A stretch of DNA of 32,000 bases from Vibrio vulnificus CMCP6 (GCF_000039765.1 NC_004459.3:3249867-3281866); one strand, 5' to 3'; positions 8,935-17,908 are shown, counted from the stretch's first letter. The notes: generated by a model from the sequence alone, not told the origin. Numbers and translations: made by a program.

Positions 8935-9983
8935 GACTTTGTTGCGTAAATCATTTTCGAAGCCGAACAGCCCTATTTAGATTAATTGTCAGCCAATACG
9001 ACAAGTTTTAGGCATACCAAGCCCTGTAAGCTTGTTCAACGCTTCGATCATCGCGTAAATTTCACCAACTTGTGCGTTGTAATTTTTTAGACTTAGCCGT
9101 CCACCAAGCAACTGTTTGACTCGATACATCGCCGTTTCAGATAGCGAGCGCTTGTGGTAGCCATAGCGCTTTTTCCAATGCTTGTTCGAACCATGTAGCT
9201 TTGGCAACCAACTGCTAAATTTCTCGGATGACCTCTTTCCCAGAATGCCGCTCCCTCTCTTGGAGGGATAAGAGCCACGGTTCGTCTAATACGGATTGCT
9301 TCGTCGCAATCCCTCGTGTCATAAGCCCCATCGCCTATCTCAAGGATTTTTCGACGTGTTTGCTTAAGCAAATTGGGCAGCACTTCTGCATCACTCACCG
9401 TTGATAAACTCAACTCTGCGGCAATGATTTCGTGCGTACTCGTATCTACTGCGAGATGTAATTTCCGCCACACTCTTCGTTTACCATCCGAGCCATGTTT
9501 TTTGACTTTCCACTCGCCCTCGCCATAAACTTGAGACCTGTCGCATCGATAGCAAGATGCTGAATCGGTCCTTTGGTTTTCGTTTTAAAACTTACATCAA
9601 CATCTTTGGCTCGACGACTGATACAACTGTAGTGTGGGCAGTGCAGTGCAAGTTGAGCAAGTCGAAACACGGAATCCATAAACCCTTGCGAAGCGTGAAG
9701 TGGCATTGAAAAAATGCGCTTTACCATCAAAGCGGTTGTGATGGCCAAATCACTGAAAATACGAGGTCTCCCGCGCTTGTTTTGCTTGCCTTGTCTCCAC
9801 TCTCTTATCGCTTCTTCATCAATCCAAAACGTCAGAGTGCCGCGGTTGATGAGAGCTTGATTGTATTGCTTCCAGTTGTTTGTTTTGTAACGTGGTTTAG
9901 GCATGAGACTAAAGAGTTGAATGAACGTAGCCGATCAGATCGTAAGCTTTGAATTTAGTTCCATCGATTTCCGCAACAAAGCC
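8935..9983 (-). mobile_element. Decayed IS5-family (IS903-like) insertion sequence
   Basis: Ends form terminal inverted repeats: left gActttgttgcgtaaatca, right (reverse complement) ggctttgttgcggaaatcg. Transposase fragments at 9446-9904, 9093-9473 and 8989-9207 are in different frames. No obvious target duplication. Confidence 0.8.
8989..9904 (-). pseudogene. IS5/IS903-like transposase, frameshifted
   Basis: 'MPKPRYKTNNWKQYNQALINRGTLTFWIDEEAIREW...', 'WRKLHLAVDTSTHEIIAAELSLSTVSDAEVLPNLL...GDGAYDTRDCDEAI...', '...KRYGYHKRSLSETAMYRVKQLLGG...' in successive frames. Confidence 0.8.
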
Positions 9984-10796
9984 TCGATGGCTTGGAAAGC
10001 TCAACTCGAGGTAAACGCTGTATTGACTGCTTTACTCGCACTGAATCCTCAAAGTCTTGGATATCAACGTTCACGTTGGAGAACTGAGCCGATGGCGATT
10101 GAGGTGAATCGGATATTTGGGTTTAACGCGCACTCATCGACCATTCGTCGATGGGTGCCTAAACTTGGGATCGTCTGGCGAAGAGCCTGCATATCAAAGA
10201 TCCAGATAAAGAAGCCAAACTCACCAGAATCAAAGAGGCATTAGCGCGTTGCGACGCTGACAATCCGGTGTTTTATGAAGACGAAGTCGACATTCACTTA
10301 AACCGCAAAATTGGGTCAGATTGGATGCCCAAAGGTCAACAAAAGAAAGTAGCGACACCGGGACAAAATGCCAAATACTATCTCGCAGGAACTCTGCATG
10401 CCAACACTGGTAAAGTCTCGTATGTCGGAAGTAGCAGTAAAAACTCAGAACTGTTTATTGCGATGCTAGAGTAGTTGAAACGCCAGTACCGCCGAGCAAA
10501 AACCATTACTCTTATCATAGATAATTACATCATTCACAAGAGCAGAAAAACACAGGGTTGGTTAAAGCAAAATCCGAAGTTTGTTTTGCTTTTTCAGCCA
10601 GTGTACTCGCCTTGGGTAAACAAAATAGAGAAGCTTTGGCATACGTTGCATGAAACGGTGACACGGAATCATCAATGCAAAGTAATGTGGCAACTTTTAA
10701 AGCGGGTTCGATACTTTATGGATAACGTTTCACCATTTCCCGGCGGCGGTCATGGGCGACAAAAAAGTGGAGCATAATTAGGAACAGTTATTTAGG
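9984..10796 (+). mobile_element. Partial IS630-family element copy 1 (5' end missing)
   Basis: IS630 DDE-like fragments (9984-10244, 10268-10474, 10475-10777). The 3' terminus '...cataattaggaacagttatttagg' matches the end of copy 2. Confidence 0.8.
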
Positions 10797-10996
10797 CTCA
10801 AGCAGCGTATCTAAACGTAATAACACCACATAGGCAAAATGACATCGCGGTACTTACCCCGAACATAAACGTCACGCAGACAATCGTCGGCGATATTCCA
10901 GATAAATGAAACAAGTTTATTATGTACACTGTGGTCCATCTGTTTATCTTAATTCTGTTGAGCGTATGGCTCGAAATTCTTCTTGTTGTGAGTTCG

Positions 10997-11887
10997 TTAT
11001 GCCTTTGGGGCAATATCGAGCTCTGCAATATCTTTTAACTGGCTGGCATTACGCAGCCACAATAAATGTTCTCGCCCTGTCAGGCTGTGATCTTCCGTAC
11101 AATCAACATTCCAGTAACGTAGATAGTATCCGGCAAGGGGAAGTCTTAACTTGATGCTACGATGCCAATCCGGTGAGGATTCCATAGAGAAATCCAGGGC
11201 AATAGCCTGATGAAATGATTGTGAGGGATGGGGGACTAACTCAAGTTCAACCGACTGATTCCAACTATCATCACTTTCTCTCTGTTCACTTTCCAGAACT
11301 TGTTCTTCTAGATTTTCAACCTGAGTAAACCGAGTGCAAACAAAGTCACGAAACTGATTATGTTTGCGGTCAAACGCTCTGACATGCCAACGTTGCCCAT
11401 TATTAACCAGTGTATGGGGTACGAGAATGCGTTGTGTCTCGCCTGAACTCAAAGACCAATAAGTCACTTGAATTGGTTGCTGATGGACAATACCGCGCAT
11501 TAGTCCCGCGACAATGTCGCTACTCGGGTTAAGTTGGCTAAAAGACTGAATGCATATTTCAGAAGGCTTAACAGGCATAGAGATACAGTCACCAAAGCCT
11601 TCCACTAAGCGTTGTAGTATGGCACTGCTATTATGCTCAAAAAGTGGCTGAAATTGTTCTGTGCGGTAGTAACGTTTATCTTCATGCTTGAGGACCAAAT
11701 TATCCGGCATTAACTCACGATAGAGAGTAAAGTCACGCGAACAAGACGCCAGTCCTGTTTTAAAATGCTGTATAAGGTCTGTTCTTGCAACATCACCAAA
11801 GTACTGCAAGCAAAAGTCTATAAAAGCCAATCGCTCTTTATGCGCGTAGCTTAAATCCTCTAAAGCTTTATTTCTCTGAGCTCCCAT
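10997..11887 (-). CDS. HTH-WYL transcriptional regulator, CapW/BrxR-like
   Basis: Preferred start MGAQRNKALEDLSYAHKERLAFIDFCLQYFGDVARTDLIQHFKTGLASCSRDFTLYRELMPDNLVL... with a WYL-like region 'IQVTYWSLSSGETQRILVPHTLVNNGQRWHVRAFDRKHNQFRDFVCTRF'. Confidence 0.75.
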   Translation of the reverse strand: MGAQRNKALEDLSYAHKERLAFIDFCLQYFGDVARTDLIQHFKTGLASCSRDFTLYRELMPDNLVLKHEDKRYYRTEQFQPLFEHNSSAILQRLVEGFGDCISMPVKPSEICIQSFSQLNPSSDIVAGLMRGIVHQQPIQVTYWSLSSGETQRILVPHTLVNNGQRWHVRAFDRKHNQFRDFVCTRFTQVENLEEQVLESEQRESDDSWNQSVELELVPHPSQSFHQAIALDFSMESSPDWHRSIKLRLPLAGYYLRYWNVDCTEDHSLTGREHLLWLRNASQLKDIAELDIAPKA

Positions 11888-11989
11888 TCCATACCTTGAT
11901 ACTTGCAACTTGGTGGATATATTAAGGAATGCAACCGATAGGTACAATCATTTTGATAGGATGATTTTGATGTTACCTGTATCAGTTCA

Positions 11990-12012
11990 AAAACAGGCTG
12001 TACTGCTGTTTT
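11990..12012. promoter_or_regulatory. Candidate operator, inverted repeat AAAACAG-N9-CTGTTTT
   Basis: Perfect 7-bp arms at 11990-11996 and 12006-12012, between the WYL regulator and the divergent cREC ORF. Confidence 0.35.
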
Positions 12013-12034
12013 CACAATACATAACAGGGAAGTT

Positions 12035-12331
12035 ATGAAAGTTTACCTAGATGACGCACGACCTACTCCAGATGGGTGGCACCGAGTCTACAGGCCTGAA
12101 GAAGCCATTGTATTACTCAAGCAAGGGACAGTATCTGAAATCAGCCTTGATCAAGATCTTGGTGATCATGAACACGGCACTGGCTATGATGTGCTTTTAT
12201 GGATTGAAGAGGCAGCTGTAACGTAAAGTTTTCAACCACCTATAATACGGGTTCACAGCGCTAACTCGTCTGCGAGAAAGAAAGTGGAGTTCGGTATCGT
12301 GAATATCAAACGTGTAAGTATGTTAGCTTGA
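12035..12331 (+). pseudogene. Cyclic-phosphate-processing receiver (cREC)-like protein interrupted by an in-frame TAA
   Basis: 'MKVYLDDARPTPDGWHRVYRPEEAIVLLKQGTVSEISLDQDLGDHEHGTGYDVLLWIEEAAVT*' then in the same frame 'SFQPPIIRVHSANSSARKKVEFGIVNIKRVSMLA*', which continues the expected domain. Confidence 0.7.
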
Positions 12332-12365
12332 GCTAATAGAAAAATGGCAAGACATACTCTATTTA

Positions 12366-12671
12366 TCACACAAGTTGAATTACATATACAGCAGTGGTTG
12401 CAGCGAAAATAGCTGCTACCTTTAGCGAAAATAATATCAATTGCCTCTTGTATCCATAAGAAATCGCTTGCTCAAGTTCGTATAGTTCAATCTTTGTTCG
12501 CTTGTCTTGATACAAAAATATGCCATCAAGTATTCTTGAGGTCATTCCTAACTTCCACTGTTCATAAAGTTTCAGTCTTTCAGCAGAAGGGAAATCATCA
12601 ATGTGGTTTCTGCTTCTGATTGCAGCCGCTATCTGGTCTACAGTTCGTCTCTTTTTCAAAAGCACCGGCAT
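12366..12671 (-). CDS. Small protein with C-terminal transmembrane segment
   Basis: 101 aa ending 'KRQLILFSLKVAAIFAATTAVYVIQLV'. Same strand as, and close behind, the HAD-like ORF. Confidence 0.45.
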   Translation of the reverse strand: MPVLLKKRRTVDQIAAAIRSRNHIDDFPSAERLKLYEQWKLGMTSRILDGIFLYQDKRTKIELYELEQAISYGYKRQLILFSLKVAAIFAATTAVYVIQLV

Positions 12672-12687
12672 TGCCCCAGTAAGTTAA

Positions 12688-13209
12688 TTAATAATCCGCT
12701 GATTTTAAGGCGCGTATTTTAGAAATCAGTTCACTAGTAACGCCCTTTCCAGACTCTGAACGTAAGTAACGATCCGGATAATGTTGCAATAGCTCTTCAG
12801 AGCCGACATCGCCACAGACGTACCATTGGGCGTTCAGACTGTGAGCATGGACTAACATCTGACGGACTGAATTATTGTCGTCCATATGCGTTCTGAAGGG
12901 TAATTCTGTCTCAGGGGCTAATTCGTCGCCAGTAAACACACCATGTTCAATAAGGTATGAACGATTGTAAAAAGCCCCCAACGGGTAAAGTAGTAGTAGC
13001 CCCGCTTCTGACGTTGCACTTCTTAACTTGTCGATAGCTTGAAAATCCGGTTCCACCATTTCTAAAAGTGTCGTTGTTCGAGCATTGAACCAATCTTTAT
13101 ACTTGGCATGTACACTTGCATTATGGTCAAAATATTCATTCGAATAGAACAAACTAAGCATGTCGAAATATAAAATCTTCACTGAAATTCCCTGCTTTAC
13201 ATTAGGCAT
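12688..13209 (-). CDS. HAD-fold protein related to HAD domains of Swiss-Army-Knife RNA repair proteins, degenerate motifs
   Basis: 'VKILYFDMLSLFYSNEYF...LLLLYPLGAFYNRSYLIEHGVFTG...YPDRYLRSESGKGVTSELISKIRAL'. A GTG start at VKILYFD is also possible. 8-nt overlap with the upstream ORF. Confidence 0.55.
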   Translation of the reverse strand: MPNVKQGISVKILYFDMLSLFYSNEYFDHNASVHAKYKDWFNARTTTLLEMVEPDFQAIDKLRSATSEAGLLLLYPLGAFYNRSYLIEHGVFTGDELAPETELPFRTHMDDNNSVRQMLVHAHSLNAQWYVCGDVGSEELLQHYPDRYLRSESGKGVTSELISKIRALKSADY

Positions 13210-13507
13210 AGTTAAAATGGTGCTTCATGAAAAAGTCCAGATGACATCCTCTTTCTAATGCTCTTTGCTCAATTTGCTTCCATAATACCGGTAAATAGGT
13301 TTTAAGATCTTCCGCATCCGATTGGTGATATTCATCCTCACAATCTCCAGCAGCAGCTTTTAGCCACCCTGAAGGGGTCAAAATAGTGAGCCCCCGATGA
13401 AAATACTCAGGAATCGACTCCCGAATGAATTCTTCGCTACCGCTAGCAACATAAATTGTGACACCTTCACCCGTCGCGTAATAATAACTAACACCGATAT
13501 AGAACAT
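13202..13507 (-). CDS. Small protein of unknown function
   Basis: 101 aa 'MFYIGVSYYYATGEGVTIYVASGSEEFIRESIPEYFHRGL...'. Overlaps the downstream HAD-like ORF and is about 45 nt after the helicase. Confidence 0.5.
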   Translation of the reverse strand: MFYIGVSYYYATGEGVTIYVASGSEEFIRESIPEYFHRGLTILTPSGWLKAAAGDCEDEYHQSDAEDLKTYLPVLWKQIEQRALERGCHLDFFMKHHFNYA

Positions 13508-13552
13508 ATAAACTCCTTAAAAATCTCTTGCTTGATGAAACATCTTCTCTGA

Positions 13553-14929
13553 TTATAAAAATGCTGAGACTACACGCTCACGAAATTGTCCTAACCAGAT
13601 TTCATCATAAATGTCATCAGAGCCCCGGCCTGAATTGGACTGTGTAGAATAAGTTCCCCATTCTAACTGGCTGTAAATATTGATAGTTTTTATTGGTTCA
13701 GATTCAACTTCACCGCTTTGATTTGTTGCTTTTAGCTGTGTGACATACTCATCTTTAACGATTTTGGCAAAGAGACATGTTTCAGGAATGTCATGCTCTA
13801 TACGTTCCGCGTATTCAATTAAATTCTGCTCGGCAAACGTATAAAGCCAGGCTTGTTGATTTGGACTTTCGTTGACTCGTAATATCCGACCAAGTACTTG
13901 TCTAAAGTAAAGTTCTGTTTTTACAGAGCTGATATGACAACACACTTGTAATCGGGGAATATCGGTACCTTCGCTTATCATACCGACACTCACAATCCAT
14001 TGGGTCGTTCCTGTTTGATAGGCCTTAATTTCAGATTGTGGATCATCATGATGGTAGGTTACTAATGTTGCTGACTGGCCAAATTTTTCGGTCAATATTT
14101 TTTGTACTTGTTTTGCATGCTTCACCGATGACGAAACAACGAGACCACCGGCATTAAAAGACTCTTTCCGGATTTCACTAAGTTTCTGACATCCCAAGCC
14201 GAGGATATACTCCATTGCTTGAGTATTATGAATCACATCCTGATAAGACGTCTTTGATTGCTTAAGGAGTTCAAGAATAGAAGCAAATGACTTTTTCTCC
14301 GAACCTTCTGAAATCGTTAAATGTTCATTATCAACCAAAACTAATTTCGGCTTACGGCAAACTTTGTCAGCTATAGCTTCAGCTAACCCATACTGGTAAT
14401 CACAAAAAAGCTTGCCTTCCGGATCACTATATTCAGCTAAAACAATCGGAAATTTATCTGAGCGCCAAGGAGTTCCTGAAAGAGCCAAAGTATAGGTGGC
14501 AACACCTTGTATACGCGCTAATATCTGTTGTCCCCAAATGTTGGCTCTGTCTGGCCCATCGCCAGAACAGTGATGTATTTCATCAAATACGACAAGCAGC
14601 CGATATTTTTCAATGGTCCGCCAAAAGTCGTCGCCTAAATACTGAATTGACTGATAAGTAAGCGACTGACCAATTGAGCCTAGACTTCCGTTAAATGGAC
14701 AATTTATGGTTATCGAGAACGTAGCCCTCATGCCATCAGCTACAGCGACTGAAGGTGAAAAGCAAAGAATAAGATCGATCATGCCTTTATCGAGTAGTGT
14801 CTTAGCCAGTGTAGCTGACATGATGCTTTTACCGGCTCCAGGTGTTGCCTGACAGAAGAAATGGTTAGAACCGGATTCGTACTTTTCCAACGCCTGAGCA
14901 ACACATTCTGCTTGCCATTTTCTTAACAT
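13553..14929 (-). CDS. SF2 DEAD/DEAH-type helicase
   Basis: Motifs ATPGAGKS, DEIHH, SGTPWR, VSVGMISEGTDIP, QVLGRILR. Start at MLRKWQAECV; the ORF extends to 14944. Overlaps the end of the upstream ORF. Confidence 0.85.
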   Translation of the reverse strand: MLRKWQAECVAQALEKYESGSNHFFCQATPGAGKSIMSATLAKTLLDKGMIDLILCFSPSVAVADGMRATFSITINCPFNGSLGSIGQSLTYQSIQYLGDDFWRTIEKYRLLVVFDEIHHCSGDGPDRANIWGQQILARIQGVATYTLALSGTPWRSDKFPIVLAEYSDPEGKLFCDYQYGLAEAIADKVCRKPKLVLVDNEHLTISEGSEKKSFASILELLKQSKTSYQDVIHNTQAMEYILGLGCQKLSEIRKESFNAGGLVVSSSVKHAKQVQKILTEKFGQSATLVTYHHDDPQSEIKAYQTGTTQWIVSVGMISEGTDIPRLQVCCHISSVKTELYFRQVLGRILRVNESPNQQAWLYTFAEQNLIEYAERIEHDIPETCLFAKIVKDEYVTQLKATNQSGEVESEPIKTINIYSQLEWGTYSTQSNSGRGSDDIYDEIWLGQFRERVVSAFL

Positions 14930-14930
14930 A

Positions 14931-15488
14931 CTATGTTCTCTCATGTGACAATGAATTCAACATATTCGTAATTGCATTAATGTTACCCATAAACAAAGCT
15001 GCCTTTTCGTTAGCGGCAACGTGCAGACGGTCAAGAAGCTGAAATTGATCGGGATATTGTTCTTTTAACGTTTTGTACTGCTCTATCTCACCCAAAGTGA
15101 CTTCCAACTCTCCCTTTAATCTGTTGCGCTCAACCGTTAATTCTGAGTAATCGTTACTATCACTGTTTATAACTGAAACTTTTGGGAGACACTTTTTTAC
15201 ACGTGATTTAGGTTTACGAGGCTCAAAAGAGAGCGAATAAAACTCGTCAGTTTTGAAGTAACGCTTTTCCCTACCAGAACCTTCACAGCGCAACCATCCG
15301 CTTTCAATACACTTTAATAACTGTCGATAAACAATCTTTCGAAGCTCATTGATATCTTTAGGACTTTCGGAGAACAAGCGAGCGGCATCTCGAGCCTCGA
15401 CAACGGAAAATCCATCCATCTCTTTTTCTATCAATAACTTATAAATATACACGTTTATCTTTTGAGAACGTTTCACATACAACTCCAA
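14931..15488 (-). CDS. Winged-helix-like / coiled-coil protein, first gene of the helicase operon
   Basis: 185 aa. N-terminal helical DNA-binding-like region 'ELRKIVYRQLLKCIESGWLRCEGSGREKRYFKTDEFY', then coiled coil 'ELTVERNRLKGELEVTLGEIEQYKTLKEQ'. Helicase start overlaps its stop. Confidence 0.6.
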   Translation of the reverse strand: MELYVKRSQKINVYIYKLLIEKEMDGFSVVEARDAARLFSESPKDINELRKIVYRQLLKCIESGWLRCEGSGREKRYFKTDEFYSLSFEPRKPKSRVKKCLPKVSVINSDSNDYSELTVERNRLKGELEVTLGEIEQYKTLKEQYPDQFQLLDRLHVAANEKAALFMGNINAITNMLNSLSHERT

Positions 15489-15498
15489 AACACCAAAA

Positions 15499-15549
15499 AC
15501 TTAGGATTGCTAAGTATACAAAAATAAGTAAAACTTAGACAATCTAAGT
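15499..15549. promoter_or_regulatory. Tandem operator: two perfect ACTTAG-N5-CTAAGT palindromes
   Basis: ACTTAGGATTGCTAAGT at 15499-15515 and ACTTAGACAATCTAAGT at 15533-15549, in the divergent promoter region between the XRE gene and the helicase operon. Confidence 0.75.
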
Positions 15550-15580
15550 TATCGAAGGATTTAAGAGAAATGAATCGTCT

Positions 15581-15898
15581 GTGGAAGACAACCCGATACC
15601 TATGCGGCTTAAAAAAGCTCGCAAACATGCCAAAATTACCCAGAAAAACTTGGGGATAATGATCGGTATGGATGAAAGCTCTGCAAGTGGCCGAATGAAC
15701 CATTACGAAAAAGGGCGACATACGCCGGATATCAGCACATTAAGAAAAATGGCTGATGCTCTTGGCGTGCCGTTAAATTACTTTTTTTGTGAGGATGAGG
15801 CGTCTGCTGAGTTAGCGACGGCAATCTCGAGATTATCTGAAGCTAAAAGAAATCAAGTGCTTAAATTTGTAAAATCACTAGAAGAAAGTGACGAGTAA
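15581..15898 (+). CDS. XRE-family HTH regulator
   Basis: 105 aa 'RLKKARKHAKITQKNLGIMIGMDESSASGRMNHYEKGRHTPDISTLRKMADALGVPLNYFFCEDE'. A start at the internal ATG (MRLKKARKHAK) is possible. Confidence 0.85.
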   Translation: MEDNPIPMRLKKARKHAKITQKNLGIMIGMDESSASGRMNHYEKGRHTPDISTLRKMADALGVPLNYFFCEDEASAELATAISRLSEAKRNQVLKFVKSLEESDE

Positions 15899-16133
15899 AG
15901 CAGGGATTCAAGCCCGTTCGTGCATTGCCCCAACAGTTACTATAAGGCGTCCCAAAAGTCTCAAATGCATTACATACAATTTTTTGCATCCAAGGATTGG
16001 GGAAATTATTAGCCGCCAGAGAAAATGGGCTAGTTTGAACCGATACCACTCTGACTAAAGTTAATTTACTTATATTCGTGGTGATAGGTTTGGTAGATTA
16101 GTCCTACTGTGGGAGTAGTAATATAGACTCATA

Positions 16134-17182
16134 CCTAAATAACTGTTCCTAATTATGCTCCACTTTTTTGTCGCCCATGACCGCCGCCGGGAAATGGTGA
16201 AACGTTATCCATAAAGTATCGAACCCGCTTTAAAAGTTGCCACATTACTTTGCATTGATGATTCCGTGTCACCGTTTCATGCAACGTATGCCAAAGCTTC
16301 TCTATTTTGTTTACCCAAGGCGAGTACACTGGCTGAAAAAGCAAAACAAACTTCGGATTTTGCTTTAACCAACCCTGTGTTTTTCTGCTCTTGTGAATGA
16401 TGTAATTATCTATGATAAGAGTAATGGTTTTTGCTCGGCGGTACTGGCGTTTCAACTACTCTAGCATCGCAATAAACAGTTCTGAGTTTTTACTGCTACT
16501 TCCGACATACGAGACTTTACCAGTGTTGGCATGCAGAGTTCCTGCGAGATAGTATTTGGCATTTTGTCCCGGTGTCGCTACTTTCTTTTGTTGACCTTTG
16601 GGCATCCAATCTGACCCAATTTTGCGGTTTAAGTGAATGTCGACTTCGTCTTCATAAAACACCGGATTGTCAGCGTCGCAACGCGCTAATGCCTCTTTGA
16701 TTCTGGTGAGTTTGGCTTCTTTATCTGGATCTTTGATATGCAGGCTCTTCGCCAGACAATCCCAAGTTTAGGCCCCCATCGACGAATGGTCGATGAGTGC
16801 GCGTTAAACCCAAATATCCGATTCACCTCAATCGCCATCGACTCAGTTCTCCAACGTGAACGTTGATATCCAAGACTTTGAGGATTCAGTGCGAGTAAAG
16901 CAGTCAATACAGCGGCAATTTGAAGAAATGGGAGCGTCGCGGCTCTACCTTGAGAAAGAAGCAATATGGCATTCAAGTGTCGGTAATGGTCTTTATCCTT
17001 AGTCTTATGCATCTTTTTAGTGATACGACGTCGCTCAGCGCGGTCAGGTAACCTTAGAATCATGGAAACTCGGTAACGGTTGCGGGTTTGTATGTTTGGT
17101 GACTGATCAGATCGCTCAAACGGTACCGAGTTCCCTTCTTTTTTACATACCAGTGATCTACATTTAGGAACAGCTATTTAGG
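16134..17182 (-). mobile_element. IS630-family element copy 2 with both ends present, transposase decayed
   Basis: Left cctaaataactgttcctaattatg; right reverse complement cctaaatagctgttcctaaatgta. Transposase fragments at 16153-16455, 16456-16662 and 16686-17063. Confidence 0.8.
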
Positions 17183-17280
17183 TTGAAAGTGAATGTTCAT
17201 TATAGAAAGGCAGAGATATTTCTACTTAACCTAGATGCTTCCTCGAATACATTTAAAAACCTAACAAAGACAAAGAGTTA

Positions 17281-17430
17281 ATGATGGAAATTAGAACAGC
17301 TAGCCTTAAGGATATTGAAGAACTTTCTAACCTATTTCATAAATTTAGGCAGCTATCAGTGAGTCTAGACAATTCAGCAACTATAACGGAATCGGAACTG
17401 TGGGTGATGGATACTACCAATCATGGTTAA
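17281..17430 (+). pseudogene. N-terminal GNAT acetyltransferase fragment
   Basis: 'MMEIRTASLKDIEELSNLFHKFRQ' resembles a GNAT N-terminus and then degenerates into non-GNAT sequence and a stop. Confidence 0.4.
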
Positions 17431-17439
17431 GCGGCTTTT

Positions 17440-17825
17440 TTAGTAGCCGAAAGAAATGGTTCTTGCATCGTTTGCGTCGTTCTTTTGTCTACCGACGAAC
17501 GACTTAACATGTTGTGCTGGTATGCGTGATACCTTAAAACTAAGCCCTAAAAAGACTCGCCCCCAATATTGTGATGAAGCATATGACTCCCTAGCCAGTG
17601 GAGTATTATCTGGAAGTTGACGGATTGTATGGAGCAGTTTGTTTCGAAGGACCTTAAGATTTAACGAGATGGTACCGTCAATATTCAATAAGCATACTTG
17701 AAAGAAGTTCTTAGCTAAATCGATCCCAATAACTTTAATCGACATGGCTGTTACTTCTGCTTTTAATGGCTGTACCTATCGTGTTGTACAACAATGCAAG
17801 AAGGGAGGTGTATCCATCACATCAA
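17440..17825 (-). mobile_element. IS110-family remnant (5' end and N-terminal transposase)
   Basis: 'MSIKVIGIDLAKNFFQVCLLNIDGTISLNLKVLRNKLLHTIRQLPDNT...AQHVKSFVGRQKNDANDARTI' is the N-terminal domain of an IS110 transposase. Upstream sequence is shared with the copy ending near 22663. Confidence 0.75.
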
Positions 17826-17908
17826 AGCCGCTTGCTTGGCATGTATTAAATGTTCAATTAAATGGTATACTTTCGCAAATTAGCTTAACGCAAAATAGAG
17901 AATTACTG

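Noticed and set aside
10798-11154. ORFs 10798-11028 (-) and 10906-11154 (+)
   Set aside because: Overlap the 3' end of the WYL gene or IS-adjacent non-coding DNA, with no family signal.
15473-15721. 82-aa minus ORF over the XRE operator region
   Set aside because: Antisense to the XRE gene and spans the operator/promoter region. No recognisable domain.
15861-16049. 62-aa minus ORF between XRE gene and IS630 copy 2
   Set aside because: No RBS or domain seen; probably chance ORF.
9984-17182. Composite transposon formed by the inverted IS630 copies
   Set aside because: Copy 1 lacks its 5' end and both transposases are broken, and I see no matching TA duplication. Simple composite mobility is not supported, though inversion is possible.
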